Assembly: GCA_003697065.1 (NCBI GenBank)
Contig: RFFY01000153.1
Location: 1 to 33,346, forward strand
Reading direction: 5' to 3'
DNA from: Actinomyces sp.
GTDB taxonomy: Bacteria; Actinomycetota; Acidimicrobiia; Acidimicrobiales; Aldehydirespiratoraceae
Length of the DNA: 33,346 nucleotides
In this document: one piece after another, positions 1-6,867 of the stretch
Position numbering within the stretch: the stretch's first letter is position 1
How the letters are laid out: the number at the start of each line of letters is the position of its first letter
Translations under genes and position numbers: made by a program
Notes under the pieces: model-generated
What the model was told of the DNA's origin: nothing
Database searches by the model: none
Seen by the model: the letters and a program-made list of their open reading frames with translations, nothing else

Positions 1-9
1 CCGTTACGC
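1..9. repeat. Left copy of the 9-bp direct terminal repeat CCGTTACGC
   Basis: The first 9 nt are identical to the last 9 nt (33338-33346). This fits a complete phage genome, either as a circular-closure overlap or as a cohesive-end sequence present at both ends. Confidence 0.8.
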
Positions 10-13
10 TCAT

Positions 14-27
14 CCCCCCCCCTCCCC
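14..27. repeat. Homopyrimidine tract C9-T-C4, the mirror image of 33326-33339
   Basis: Read directly: ccccccccctcccc at 14-27 and cccctccccccccc at 33326-33339. The two flank the terminal 9-mer symmetrically. Confidence 0.85.
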
Positions 28-124
28 TCACACGGGTCCGGGCGGGCTGCACTCGATGCCCGTTCCCGGGCGACGAAATGACCCCTACGTGCCACTCGGG
101 GTCGGCGGACGGATGGCGATGGCG

Positions 125-144
125 CCAGGCGGGACCAGGCGGGA
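125..144. repeat. Tandem 10-bp repeat CCAGGCGGGA x2 in the non-coding left arm
   Basis: ccaggcggga occurs at 125-134 and again at 135-144. CGGGAC hexamers occur at 130, 140, 158 and 165. Confidence 0.7.
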
Positions 145-215
145 CCTCCGAAGATGACGGGACTCGGGACGGGCCGACATCATGGCACACGACCTCACCC
201 GGCCGCAAACAAGGA

Positions 216-241
216 ACCGGCCGGGGGCGCCCCCGGCCGGT
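216..241 (+). terminator. GC-rich hairpin with a 12-bp perfect stem; candidate intrinsic terminator or structural element
   Basis: accggccggggg (216-227) pairs with cccccggccggt (230-241). There is no U-tract. Its core GGGGGCGCCCCC resembles the hairpin at 6868-6901. Confidence 0.45.
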
Positions 242-245
242 CCGT

Positions 246-267
246 ACAAGGAGGTCCCGCTCCTTGT
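246..267 (+). promoter_or_regulatory. Hairpin that sequesters an AAGGAGGTCCCG Shine-Dalgarno-like element
   Basis: acaaggag (246-253) pairs with ctccttgt (260-267) around the loop gtcccg. The SD-like motif is about 27 nt from the first usable ATG (283), so it is not a normal RBS here. Confidence 0.4.
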
Positions 268-282
268 GGGGCGCAGCATAAC

Positions 283-666
283 ATGGCGGCGATGCATCCC
301 GTCGCTGCGAAGTGGGGATATCTGGTCGGGGTCGTCGCCCTCGGCACGGTGACCGTCGTCGCCGAGGTCGTGTCCGCCACCGAGGTCGCCGCGGTCGGAA
401 TCTCGATGTTGTCGGCACTCGTCGCCTTCAAGACGATGACGCTCCAGGCCCTCCGGCGAGCCCACGGCGACCGTCTCGACCGTCTCGAGGCGTCGACGGT
501 GGCCGCCTCGGCGATGGACCGTGTCGGCGTCCGCCTCGACCGGGTCCTCGTCCGCCTCGACCGGCTCGAGGCGGCCCAGTCACTCGCCGAGGCCCGGCAT
601 CTCGCCGTCGCCGAGCGTCTCGCCGCCCTCGAACGCCACCTCGACGACGGGGCGCCGGACCGATGA
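283..666 (+). CDS. Membrane protein with a C-terminal coiled coil; candidate holin or lysis-associated protein
   Basis: In-frame ATG inside ORF 154..666. Hydrophobic segments WGYLVGVVALGTVTVVAEVV and AAVGISMLSALVAF are followed by repeated RLDRLE/RLDRVLVRLDRLE heptad-like sequence. The stop overlaps the endolysin start (ATGA at 663-666). The start is uncertain (283 or 292) and there is no clear SD. Confidence 0.6.
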   Translation: MAAMHPVAAKWGYLVGVVALGTVTVVAEVVSATEVAAVGISMLSALVAFKTMTLQALRRAHGDRLDRLEASTVAASAMDRVGVRLDRVLVRLDRLEAAQSLAEARHLAVAERLAALERHLDDGAPDR

Positions 667-1544
667 CCGCCCCCGCCGATGTCATGCGCGCCGGCGCCGC
701 GAAACTCGGCGTCCCGTTCGAGACGGTCCCCGGATTCGCGACGCGCAACTCGAACCCGGCGGGCGCCTTCCATCCGGTCGCCTTCATGCTCCACCACACG
801 GCTTCGCCACGCGGCTCGGATGCCCGCGGCTACGTCACCCGCACCGCCGCCTCCCAGTTGTTCGTCGACCGGGCGGGGAAGTTGTGGCTCGTCGCCTCGG
901 GCCGGACCCGACACCCCGGCCGCGGGTCGTCGCGGGTGCTCGCCGACATCGCCGCCGGGCGACCGGTCGTCGAGGACGCCGCCGATCGTGGCCTCGTCGA
1001 CGACACCGACGGGTACGCCTTCTTCGTCGGGGTCGAGGTCGACAACGACGGGGTCGGGGAGCCCTACTCGGCGGAGGTCGTGTCGGCGACCGTCGCCGCC
1101 GCGGCGATCACGTGCGCCTGGCACGGATGGTCGCCGGACCGGGTCATCCACCACCGCCAGTGGACGCGCCGCAAGGTCGACATGTCCCTGCGGGACGACC
1201 TGCGACCTGCGATCGCCGCCGCCATCGCCGAACTCACCGATCACCAGGAGGCCCCGATGTCGACCCTCGCCGACCCCCAGCCCGCCTGGGCGCAGGACGC
1301 CGTGACGTGGGCGCTGGGGCACGGGATCACGACCGGGTCCCGGGACGCCGACGCCCCGGTGACCGCCCGCGAACTCGTCACGATGATGTACCGCGCCCAC
1401 AAGGTGACCCTCGCCGACGCCCAGGACGCGGTGAGGTCCGCCGTCGACGCCCTCCCCCCGACCCTCGCCCGCACCGACGTTGAACGGATCGCCACCGAGG
1501 TCGCCACGTCGACCGTCCTGCGGGCACGTCTCGCCCTGCCATGA
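663..1544 (+). CDS. Endolysin: N-acetylmuramoyl-L-alanine amidase (amidase_2/PGRP type) with an SLH-like C-terminal motif
   Basis: Begins at MTAPADVMRAG within ORF 312..1544. Contains FMLHHTASP, GYAFFVGVEVDNDG and VIHHRQWTRRKVD, which are typical of zinc amidase_2. The C-terminal PAWAQDAVTWALGHGITTG...PVTARELVTMMYRA resembles an S-layer-homology repeat. Confidence 0.8.
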   Translation: MTAPADVMRAGAAKLGVPFETVPGFATRNSNPAGAFHPVAFMLHHTASPRGSDARGYVTRTAASQLFVDRAGKLWLVASGRTRHPGRGSSRVLADIAAGRPVVEDAADRGLVDDTDGYAFFVGVEVDNDGVGEPYSAEVVSATVAAAAITCAWHGWSPDRVIHHRQWTRRKVDMSLRDDLRPAIAAAIAELTDHQEAPMSTLADPQPAWAQDAVTWALGHGITTGSRDADAPVTARELVTMMYRAHKVTLADAQDAVRSAVDALPPTLARTDVERIATEVATSTVLRARLALP

Positions 1545-1548
1545 TGAC

Positions 1549-1578
1549 GTGACTCGAGGACGTCCCGCGAGGTAGAAT
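1549..1578 (+). promoter_or_regulatory. Candidate early promoter (GTGACT-18 nt-TAGAAT)
   Basis: The -10-like TAGAAT lies at 1573-1578 in the 73-bp gap after the endolysin gene. The -35-like GTGACT lies at 1549-1554. It sits upstream of the strong RBS for the erf-like gene. Confidence 0.45.
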
Positions 1579-1617
1579 GACGGCCTGATCAAGGTCCCGT
1601 CATGATTGGAGGTCCCG

Positions 1618-2292
1618 ATGTCCGCCGCCGCGAAGGCCGCCGCCGTCCTCGCCGAGGTCGCCGCCATCCCCAAATCCCGTCTCGCCGACCCGGCGATGGG
1701 CGGATTCGCGTTCCGGGGGATCGACGACGTGCTCGCCGCCCTTCACCCCGTGTTCGCCCGGCACGGCCTGTTCCTGCGCCCGACCGTCACCGACACGTCC
1801 CGCACCGAGGTCGTCGTCGAGACCCGCGGCGGACGCCGGGTGCGTGTCGACGTGGCCGTGACCGTCGCCTTCGACGCCGTCGACGGCGAGACCGGCGAGG
1901 CCGTCAACATCGGCACCGTCGTCGGCGAGGGGTCCGCCTTCGACGACAAGGCGACCGCGAAGGCCATGTCATCCGCGCTCAAGACCCTCGCCTTCCAGGC
2001 GTTCCTAATCCCCACGGACGCCGCCGTCGACACCGAATCCGAGGACACCTCGGGTGACGAGTTCACCGCCGCCACCCGCGAGCAGGTCGCCGAACTCAAA
2101 CGGCTGGTCAAGGCGATCCGGGCCGCGGGCGGCGCGGGCGAATGGGACAAGTGGAAGCGGCGTCACAACTTCCGGGCGTCGGACGTCGCCGACGGGAAGG
2201 TCTCCGCGGAGACGATGGCCCACGCCATCGAGGCGGCCGCCGCCCTCGCCGACGTCCTCGAGACCGACAGTGGTGGGGGGGGCGACCAGTGA
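1618..2292 (+). CDS. erf: ERF-family single-strand annealing protein (recombinase)
   Basis: GGAGGTCCCG RBS with ATG at 1618. Motifs GGFAFRGIDDVLAALHPVFARHG and DDKATAKAMSSALKTLAFQAFLIPT match the ERF superfamily pattern as I recall it. Confidence 0.8.
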   Translation: MSAAAKAAAVLAEVAAIPKSRLADPAMGGFAFRGIDDVLAALHPVFARHGLFLRPTVTDTSRTEVVVETRGGRRVRVDVAVTVAFDAVDGETGEAVNIGTVVGEGSAFDDKATAKAMSSALKTLAFQAFLIPTDAAVDTESEDTSGDEFTAATREQVAELKRLVKAIRAAGGAGEWDKWKRRHNFRASDVADGKVSAETMAHAIEAAAALADVLETDSGGGGDQ

Positions 2293-2762
2293 ACGAACCG
2301 ACCGTGCTCGCCACACTCCGGGTCCGGCCCGGGTTCGACATGTTCGTCCGCGACATCGGTGTCGAACTCGGCGTGAGCCTCGTCGACGAGTGGGCCGAGG
2401 TCGTTGTGCGCCTCACCGAGTCCCAACTCGCCGAGATGCTGGCCCGCACCGGCGGGGTCGTGCGATCCCACCGGGTCCTCGGCCCGGCCGCCCGATCGAC
2501 CGACCCCGACACCTCCCATGAGGCGGTCCCGTCGACCGCTCAACGCGAGTCGATGCAACGCGCCATCGTCCGGACCCTCGCCGCCGCCGCCCGGCCCCTC
2601 ACCTGCGGCGAGATCGGTGAGCGTCTCGCCGACCCGCCCATCCCGGCATCGTCGGTCGCCCGCCGCATCTCCGAACTCGCCGACCTCGGCCGTGTCGTCG
2701 ACGCCGGGGTCGGCATCAACCCGCAATCCGGTCGCCGAGCCCGGAGGTGGAAACTCGCATGA
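2289..2762 (+). CDS. Winged-helix DNA-binding protein
   Basis: GTG start at 2289 with a GTGA overlap on the erf stop. The C-terminal QRAIVRTLAAAARPLTCGEIGERL...SSVARRISELADLGRVV...RRARRWKL looks like a MarR/wHTH fold. Confidence 0.65.
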   Translation: MNEPTVLATLRVRPGFDMFVRDIGVELGVSLVDEWAEVVVRLTESQLAEMLARTGGVVRSHRVLGPAARSTDPDTSHEAVPSTAQRESMQRAIVRTLAAAARPLTCGEIGERLADPPIPASSVARRISELADLGRVVDAGVGINPQSGRRARRWKLA

Positions 2763-3115
2763 GCGACGAGACGCGATGGTGGCACCGGGCCGCCTGCCGG
2801 GGCGTCGACCCCGACATCCGACGGCACTTCCACACGACCGCCGAGGGCGAGGGCGATCCGGGTTGGTACGCGCCGGCCTACGCCGTGTGCGGCCGCTGCC
2901 CGGTCGCCGACGAATGCCTCGAGGACGGCCTGTCGGAGCGCTGGCATGTGTGGGGCGGTCTCGCCGTCGGGCAGCGGCGGAGGGTCATTTGGCTGCGCCG
3001 CCGGGGGCGATGGGTCGAGGCGGACGAGGCGGTCGCCGAGTTCCGGCGCCGCAACGCCCGTCTCGCCCGCCGCGGGTGGCGGCCCCGTCGACGCGGCGAG
3101 GCGGTCGTGGCATGA
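2759..3115 (+). CDS. whiB: WhiB-family Fe-S transcription factor
   Basis: ATGA overlap at 2759-2762. Four Cys in the pattern C-x(n)-C-x2-C-x5-C (AACRGVDPD...VCGRCPVADEC), followed by WGG and a basic C-terminal tail. Confidence 0.9.
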   Translation: MSDETRWWHRAACRGVDPDIRRHFHTTAEGEGDPGWYAPAYAVCGRCPVADECLEDGLSERWHVWGGLAVGQRRRVIWLRRRGRWVEADEAVAEFRRRNARLARRGWRPRRRGEAVVA

Positions 3116-4188
3116 GGCGCCCACGTGTCGTGTGGGTCGCCGCCGACCGGCACGGATGCGGCAACTACCGGGTGCACCAGCCCGCGCAGCATCTCATCGC
3201 CGCGGGCGACATCGAGATTCCGCCATCGCCGCCGTCGACGGCCCTCGACGTGCGGGACCTGCAGTGGGCCGATGTCGTCGTCGTCCAGCGTCCGGTCAAC
3301 GACGAGATCGTCGACGTCATCGAGACGGTCACCTCGGCCCCGCCGCCCCGTCCCGCCGTCGTCGTCGAACTCGACGACGATCTCGAACGCATCCCGACCT
3401 CGTCGCCGATCGCCCGGGCCGCCCTGGGCCAACCGGACCGGGTCGCCGCCCTCCACCGGGCGATCCGGGCCGCGGACGCCGTGTGGGTGTCGACCCCGTT
3501 TCTCGCCGACCGGGTGCATGAGGTCGACCCGGACGCCCGTGTGGCCGTGCTCCCCAACGCCGTCCCGGACGCCGCCCTCGCCCCCCCACCGGTCGATGTC
3601 GCCGCGGCGCGTGTCATCGGTTACTCGTCGTCGGTGACGCACGCGGCTGACGTGGAACTGGTGGCGTGGGCGCTCAAGTCGGCCCTCCGGGAGGTGCCCG
3701 ACGCGGCCCTCGAAATGGTCGGGGTCGACTGGACCAGGGCGGTGCCGGGTGTCGCACCCCGGCCCGTGGTGCGTGGTGTCCCCCGGGACCGGGTCCGTTT
3801 CTCGCCGTGGGTGCACGACCTCGTCGGGCACGTCACCCGTCTCGGGTTCACGCTCGGGGTCGCTCCCCTCACCGGGTCGGCGTTCAACATGGCGAAGTCC
3901 GACATCAAGATTCGGGAACTCGCGGTGCGGGGAATCCCGGTCGTCGTGTCCCCGGTCGGACCATATGTCGATCACCCGTGTCCCGGTGTTGTCGAGGTCC
4001 GTGATAATTCGCCGCGGGGATGGCGGGACACGTTGGTCGACCTGCTCACCGATGATGACCGTCGTGCACGACTCGGCGCCCGGGCGCTGGAATGGGCGAT
4101 GAGCGACCCATTTGTCACGACCACCGATGCATGGCGTAGTCAGTACGTTGATGCAATCGCCGATGCGATCGCTATACTATGTGAGTAG
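3112..4188 (+). CDS. GT-B fold glycosyltransferase (family-1-like)
   Basis: ATGA overlap at 3112-3115. N-terminus RVVWVAADRHGCGNYRVHQPAQHL, two Rossmann-like halves, and the C-terminal KIRELAVRGIPVVVSP motif typical of GT-B enzymes. The first 708 nt of track ORF 2404..4188 are off-frame read-through. Confidence 0.7.
   Translation: MRRPRVVWVAADRHGCGNYRVHQPAQHLIAAGDIEIPPSPPSTALDVRDLQWADVVVVQRPVNDEIVDVIETVTSAPPPRPAVVVELDDDLERIPTSSPIARAALGQPDRVAALHRAIRAADAVWVSTPFLADRVHEVDPDARVAVLPNAVPDAALAPPPVDVAAARVIGYSSSVTHAADVELVAWALKSALREVPDAALEMVGVDWTRAVPGVAPRPVVRGVPRDRVRFSPWVHDLVGHVTRLGFTLGVAPLTGSAFNMAKSDIKIRELAVRGIPVVVSPVGPYVDHPCPGVVEVRDNSPRGWRDTLVDLLTDDDRRARLGARALEWAMSDPFVTTTDAWRSQYVDAIADAIAILCE
4148..4178 (+). 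promoter_or_regulatory. Candidate promoter in an AT-rich island (TTGATG-19 nt-TATACT)
   Basis: This is one of only three conspicuously AT-rich patches. It lies at the end of the glycosyltransferase gene, upstream of the ATAGGAGGTCCCGT RBS of gene 4218. The 19-nt spacer is longer than ideal. Confidence 0.4.
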
Positions 4189-4217
4189 ACAGTAAGACAA
4201 GACATAGGAGGTCCCGT

Positions 4218-4916
4218 ATGTCATCCCGCACCATCCTCGCCTCGAGTTTCGGGCTCGTCGACCCTCTGGTCCGGGACACCGAACTCGTGTGGGCGGTCTC
4301 CCAGTGGGACCGGCTCGGCCCGTCGGGGAACTACGTCACCGATCGCGCCGGCGCGATCGGCGCCTACATCGTCCGGGTCAACTGGCCGGCCGCCACCGTG
4401 TGGCACGGCGACGCCCGTGTCGGCGAACTCGACCTCGAGGCCGCCGTGCTCGCCTGCGGCACCGCCGACGACAGTCTCGTCATCGGGCCGCTGGCGTGGA
4501 CTATCGCCGTCGGCGACCGGACCGCCACCCCTCCCCACGAACTCGTCGCCGCCAACCGGGTCCGCTGCGTCACCGCCTGGGCGTCCCGCCAACTCGCCCG
4601 CCGGATCGACGACATCGAACCCACCCCGGCCGAGGTCGGCAGCGAGGTCCTCGCCCGCATCGACGACCTCGCCGAGATCATCGCCGGACTCGGATTCGAC
4701 GCCCACCTCAGCCTCGACGGCGACGACTACACCCCCGGCGACGAATGGACCCTCATCGGTCTCGTCCACGCCTGCGGCGACCTCACCGTCGTCGGCTGCG
4801 ACCGTGACGCCGAAGCGGTCCGGCTCGCCATGGCCGCCGACGGCGCCTTCGACGTGGTCGCCATGTCCCGCACCGTCGACGGCCGACCCCGCTGCCACCT
4901 CCACGTCGCCCACTGA
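4218..4916 (+). CDS. Hypothetical protein
   Basis: Strong RBS ataggaggtcccgtATG and protein-like composition with high GC3. No motif recognised. Confidence 0.8.
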   Translation: MSSRTILASSFGLVDPLVRDTELVWAVSQWDRLGPSGNYVTDRAGAIGAYIVRVNWPAATVWHGDARVGELDLEAAVLACGTADDSLVIGPLAWTIAVGDRTATPPHELVAANRVRCVTAWASRQLARRIDDIEPTPAEVGSEVLARIDDLAEIIAGLGFDAHLSLDGDDYTPGDEWTLIGLVHACGDLTVVGCDRDAEAVRLAMAADGAFDVVAMSRTVDGRPRCHLHVAH

Positions 4917-4957
4917 CCCCCACCACCAACCCAACCCACGACCCCAGGGAGGTCCAC

Positions 4958-5293
4958 ATGCCCATCACCCGCACCAAACCCTCGATCTTCGACGACCTCG
5001 CCACCGGCGAATCACTCGGACGTCTCGGCACCCGCCGGGTCCTCGCCGAGTTCTTCGCCGCGGGCGGCCGCCTCGAGTTGCTCAGCACCGCCGCCCACGG
5101 CGTCGACTTCATCGCCCCCGACGGGGCCGTCATCCGCACCGTCAAATCCAGCGTCCTGCGCGGCATCATCGACGAAATGATCGCCGCGGGCGATTTGGTC
5201 GAGGAACACATGGTCGTTCCGCCGTCCGGGCCGGGGCACCGCTTCCGGGTCCGTCGGTTCGTCACCACCGCCGACAAGGAGGACGAGTCATGA
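4958..5293 (+). CDS. Hypothetical protein
   Basis: RBS gggaggtccacATG and normal composition. No motif recognised. Confidence 0.8.
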   Translation: MPITRTKPSIFDDLATGESLGRLGTRRVLAEFFAAGGRLELLSTAAHGVDFIAPDGAVIRTVKSSVLRGIIDEMIAAGDLVEEHMVVPPSGPGHRFRVRRFVTTADKEDES

Positions 5294-5652
5294 GCATCGG
5301 TCACCGCCTCGGCGCCATCGCCGCCGCCGCCGTCATCGCCGCCACCGGGTGCACCGCCACCCTCGCCGACTTCGGCCCCCGGGGCGGACTCGACGCCGAG
5401 GTCGTCCCGGCGACCCTCGTCGGCGACCGGTGCACCCCGCCCCACGTGACGGTCGGCGCCGCCGACGGGGTCGACCCGGCGACGGTCGCCGACACCGTCA
5501 TCGTGGTCACCACCCCCGCCGGAGTCGAATCCGGTCCCGTCGGCCCGTCGGTCGGCGTCTACTGGATCGACACGCCCGGCGTGTTCACCGCCGCCGTCGA
5601 GGGCGGCGGGACCCTCGTCGTCGGCGCATGGGACGGCACCTGCGACGGGTGA
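5290..5652 (+). CDS. Putative secreted lipoprotein
   Basis: ATGA overlap at 5290-5293. The N-terminus MSIGHRLGAIAAAAVIAATGC has a basic n-region, a hydrophobic core and a lipobox-like A-T-G-C. It is the tail of track ORF 4417..5652. Confidence 0.65.
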   Translation: MSIGHRLGAIAAAAVIAATGCTATLADFGPRGGLDAEVVPATLVGDRCTPPHVTVGAADGVDPATVADTVIVVTTPAGVESGPVGPSVGVYWIDTPGVFTAAVEGGGTLVVGAWDGTCDG

Positions 5653-5660
5653 CGACGACC

Positions 5661-5666
5661 TAGCAT
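5661..5666 (+). promoter_or_regulatory. TAGCAT -10-like hexamer 7 nt upstream of ATG 5674 (candidate leaderless promoter)
   Basis: TAGCAT-cgatgcc-ATG with no SD. Matches the actinobacterial TANNNT -10 at the spacing expected when transcription starts at the start codon. Confidence 0.35.
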
Positions 5667-5673
5667 CGATGCC

Positions 5674-6135
5674 ATGGGCCGCATCGACTACCCGGACGCC
5701 GACCGGGCCGCCTTCGTCCGCCTCGCATCCGAGGTCGGGCTCGGCGAAGCCCGGCGGCGTCTCGGGTACCCGGCGTCGCACCACACGGCCCGCCGGTGGA
5801 TGGACGCGGCCGGGGTCCGCCCGGCCGACCCCATCGAATCCGCCAAACGCGCCGTCGAGGCGCGGGTGGCGTGGGACGTGGCCCGCCGGCGCGAACTTGT
5901 CGACCGGGTCCTCGACCGCCTCGCCGAACGTCTCGAGGCGCCGGTCGACCACCGGGGTCGTCCCGCCCAACTCCAGGCGACCGAACTCCGGGCCGCGGCG
6001 CGGGCGTTGGCGCTCCTCGACGAGGTCGCCGAGACCCTCGACCGTCGTCTCACCGAGGGCGGGTCCGGCCCGGTCGTCGAGGACGACGTTGAACGCGAGT
6101 TCCGCCGGATCGTCGCCCGCCTCACCCCGGAATAA
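5674..6135 (+). CDS. HTH DNA-binding protein; possible small terminase or regulator
   Basis: The N-terminus LGEARRRLGYPASHHTARRWMDAAGV is HTH-like and is followed by a long helical/coiled region. This resembles some actinophage TerS architectures, but the gene is distant from terL. Confidence 0.6.
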   Translation: MGRIDYPDADRAAFVRLASEVGLGEARRRLGYPASHHTARRWMDAAGVRPADPIESAKRAVEARVAWDVARRRELVDRVLDRLAERLEAPVDHRGRPAQLQATELRAAARALALLDEVAETLDRRLTEGGSGPVVEDDVEREFRRIVARLTPE

Positions 6136-6152
6136 TAGACGTAGCTAAAGTG

Positions 6153-6181
6153 TTGATATAAGTGAGCCGATAGGCTACAAT
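6153..6181 (+). promoter_or_regulatory. Strong sigma70-like promoter TTGATA-17 nt-TACAAT
   Basis: TTGATA at 6153-6158, a 17-nt spacer, then TACAAT at 6176-6181. It lies inside the most AT-rich intergenic region of the window, upstream of the aaggaggtcccacATG RBS. Confidence 0.65.
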
Positions 6182-6206
6182 AGGTGACAACACAAGGAGG
6201 TCCCAC

Positions 6207-6863
6207 ATGCGAGTGCGTGAGAACGAACGAATCGTCACCAGCGCTCACGGTCACGTCGACATCGTCGACGTCAACCCGGACGGGTCGGTGACCATCGAAG
6301 CGGTCGTGCCGCGGCCCCTGCCCACCTGCGGGTGCTACCACCCGTCGTGGTCTCGGCCGGGAATCGACGGCCGCTGCCCGGGCTGCTCCATGTCGGCTCG
6401 GACCACGTGGTTCCTCGTCGACCGTCGCACCATCACCGAGGACGACATCGACCACAACGGCATCGTCACCCTCGGGATGCGATTCCTGGGCGAGTGCCAG
6501 GAGCGGGTCGAGGAGGACGCCATCGTGACCGCCGAGTCGATCGTGGCGCCCATCAGCGAGGCCCTGCGCTCGGGCACCTGCCCGACGCTCGGCGGGGTGA
6601 CGATCACCAACGACGCCGGTCGCTTCGTGTCGCCCGAGTGCGACATGGGGTCGGTCGAGGTCGACCTCGTCCACGGCCGAGTGGCCGCCGAGGTGACCCT
6701 CGTCGACTTCGACGGCGAGGTCCGCACGGTCGACGCCTTCGGCGACGACCTCCACCCGACGTGGGTGGCCCGCTTCCGCCGCTTGCTCAACGGCGGGGTC
6801 GTCGACGACGACGACGTCTACTGCGAGCCGACCGAGGACGGCGACTGGTACTTCACCCTGTGA
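6207..6863 (+). CDS. Hypothetical Cys-rich protein (CxC...CxxC cluster)
   Basis: Strong RBS. Contains PTCGCYHPSWSRPGIDGRCPGC, a possible zinc-binding knuckle. Confidence 0.8.
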   Translation: MRVRENERIVTSAHGHVDIVDVNPDGSVTIEAVVPRPLPTCGCYHPSWSRPGIDGRCPGCSMSARTTWFLVDRRTITEDDIDHNGIVTLGMRFLGECQERVEEDAIVTAESIVAPISEALRSGTCPTLGGVTITNDAGRFVSPECDMGSVEVDLVHGRVAAEVTLVDFDGEVRTVDAFGDDLHPTWVARFRRLLNGGVVDDDDVYCEPTEDGDWYFTL

Positions 6864-6867
6864 TCCC

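Noticed and set aside
195-1673. Long minus-strand ORFs (for example 195..1673, 4783..5970, 17075..18580, 19885..22236, 23139..24914, 26999..28189, 29274..31253).
   Set aside because: They are Arg/Gly/Pro/Asp-rich low-complexity translations lying antisense to well-supported + strand genes, which is typical of shadow ORFs in very GC-rich DNA. None has an RBS or a recognisable motif.
1602-2057. ATG 1602, preceded by aaggtcccgtc, as an alternative start for the first early gene.
   Set aside because: It opens the Arg-rich off-frame ORF 1602..2057. The ERF-like frame starts at ATG 1618, directly behind GGAGGTCCCG.
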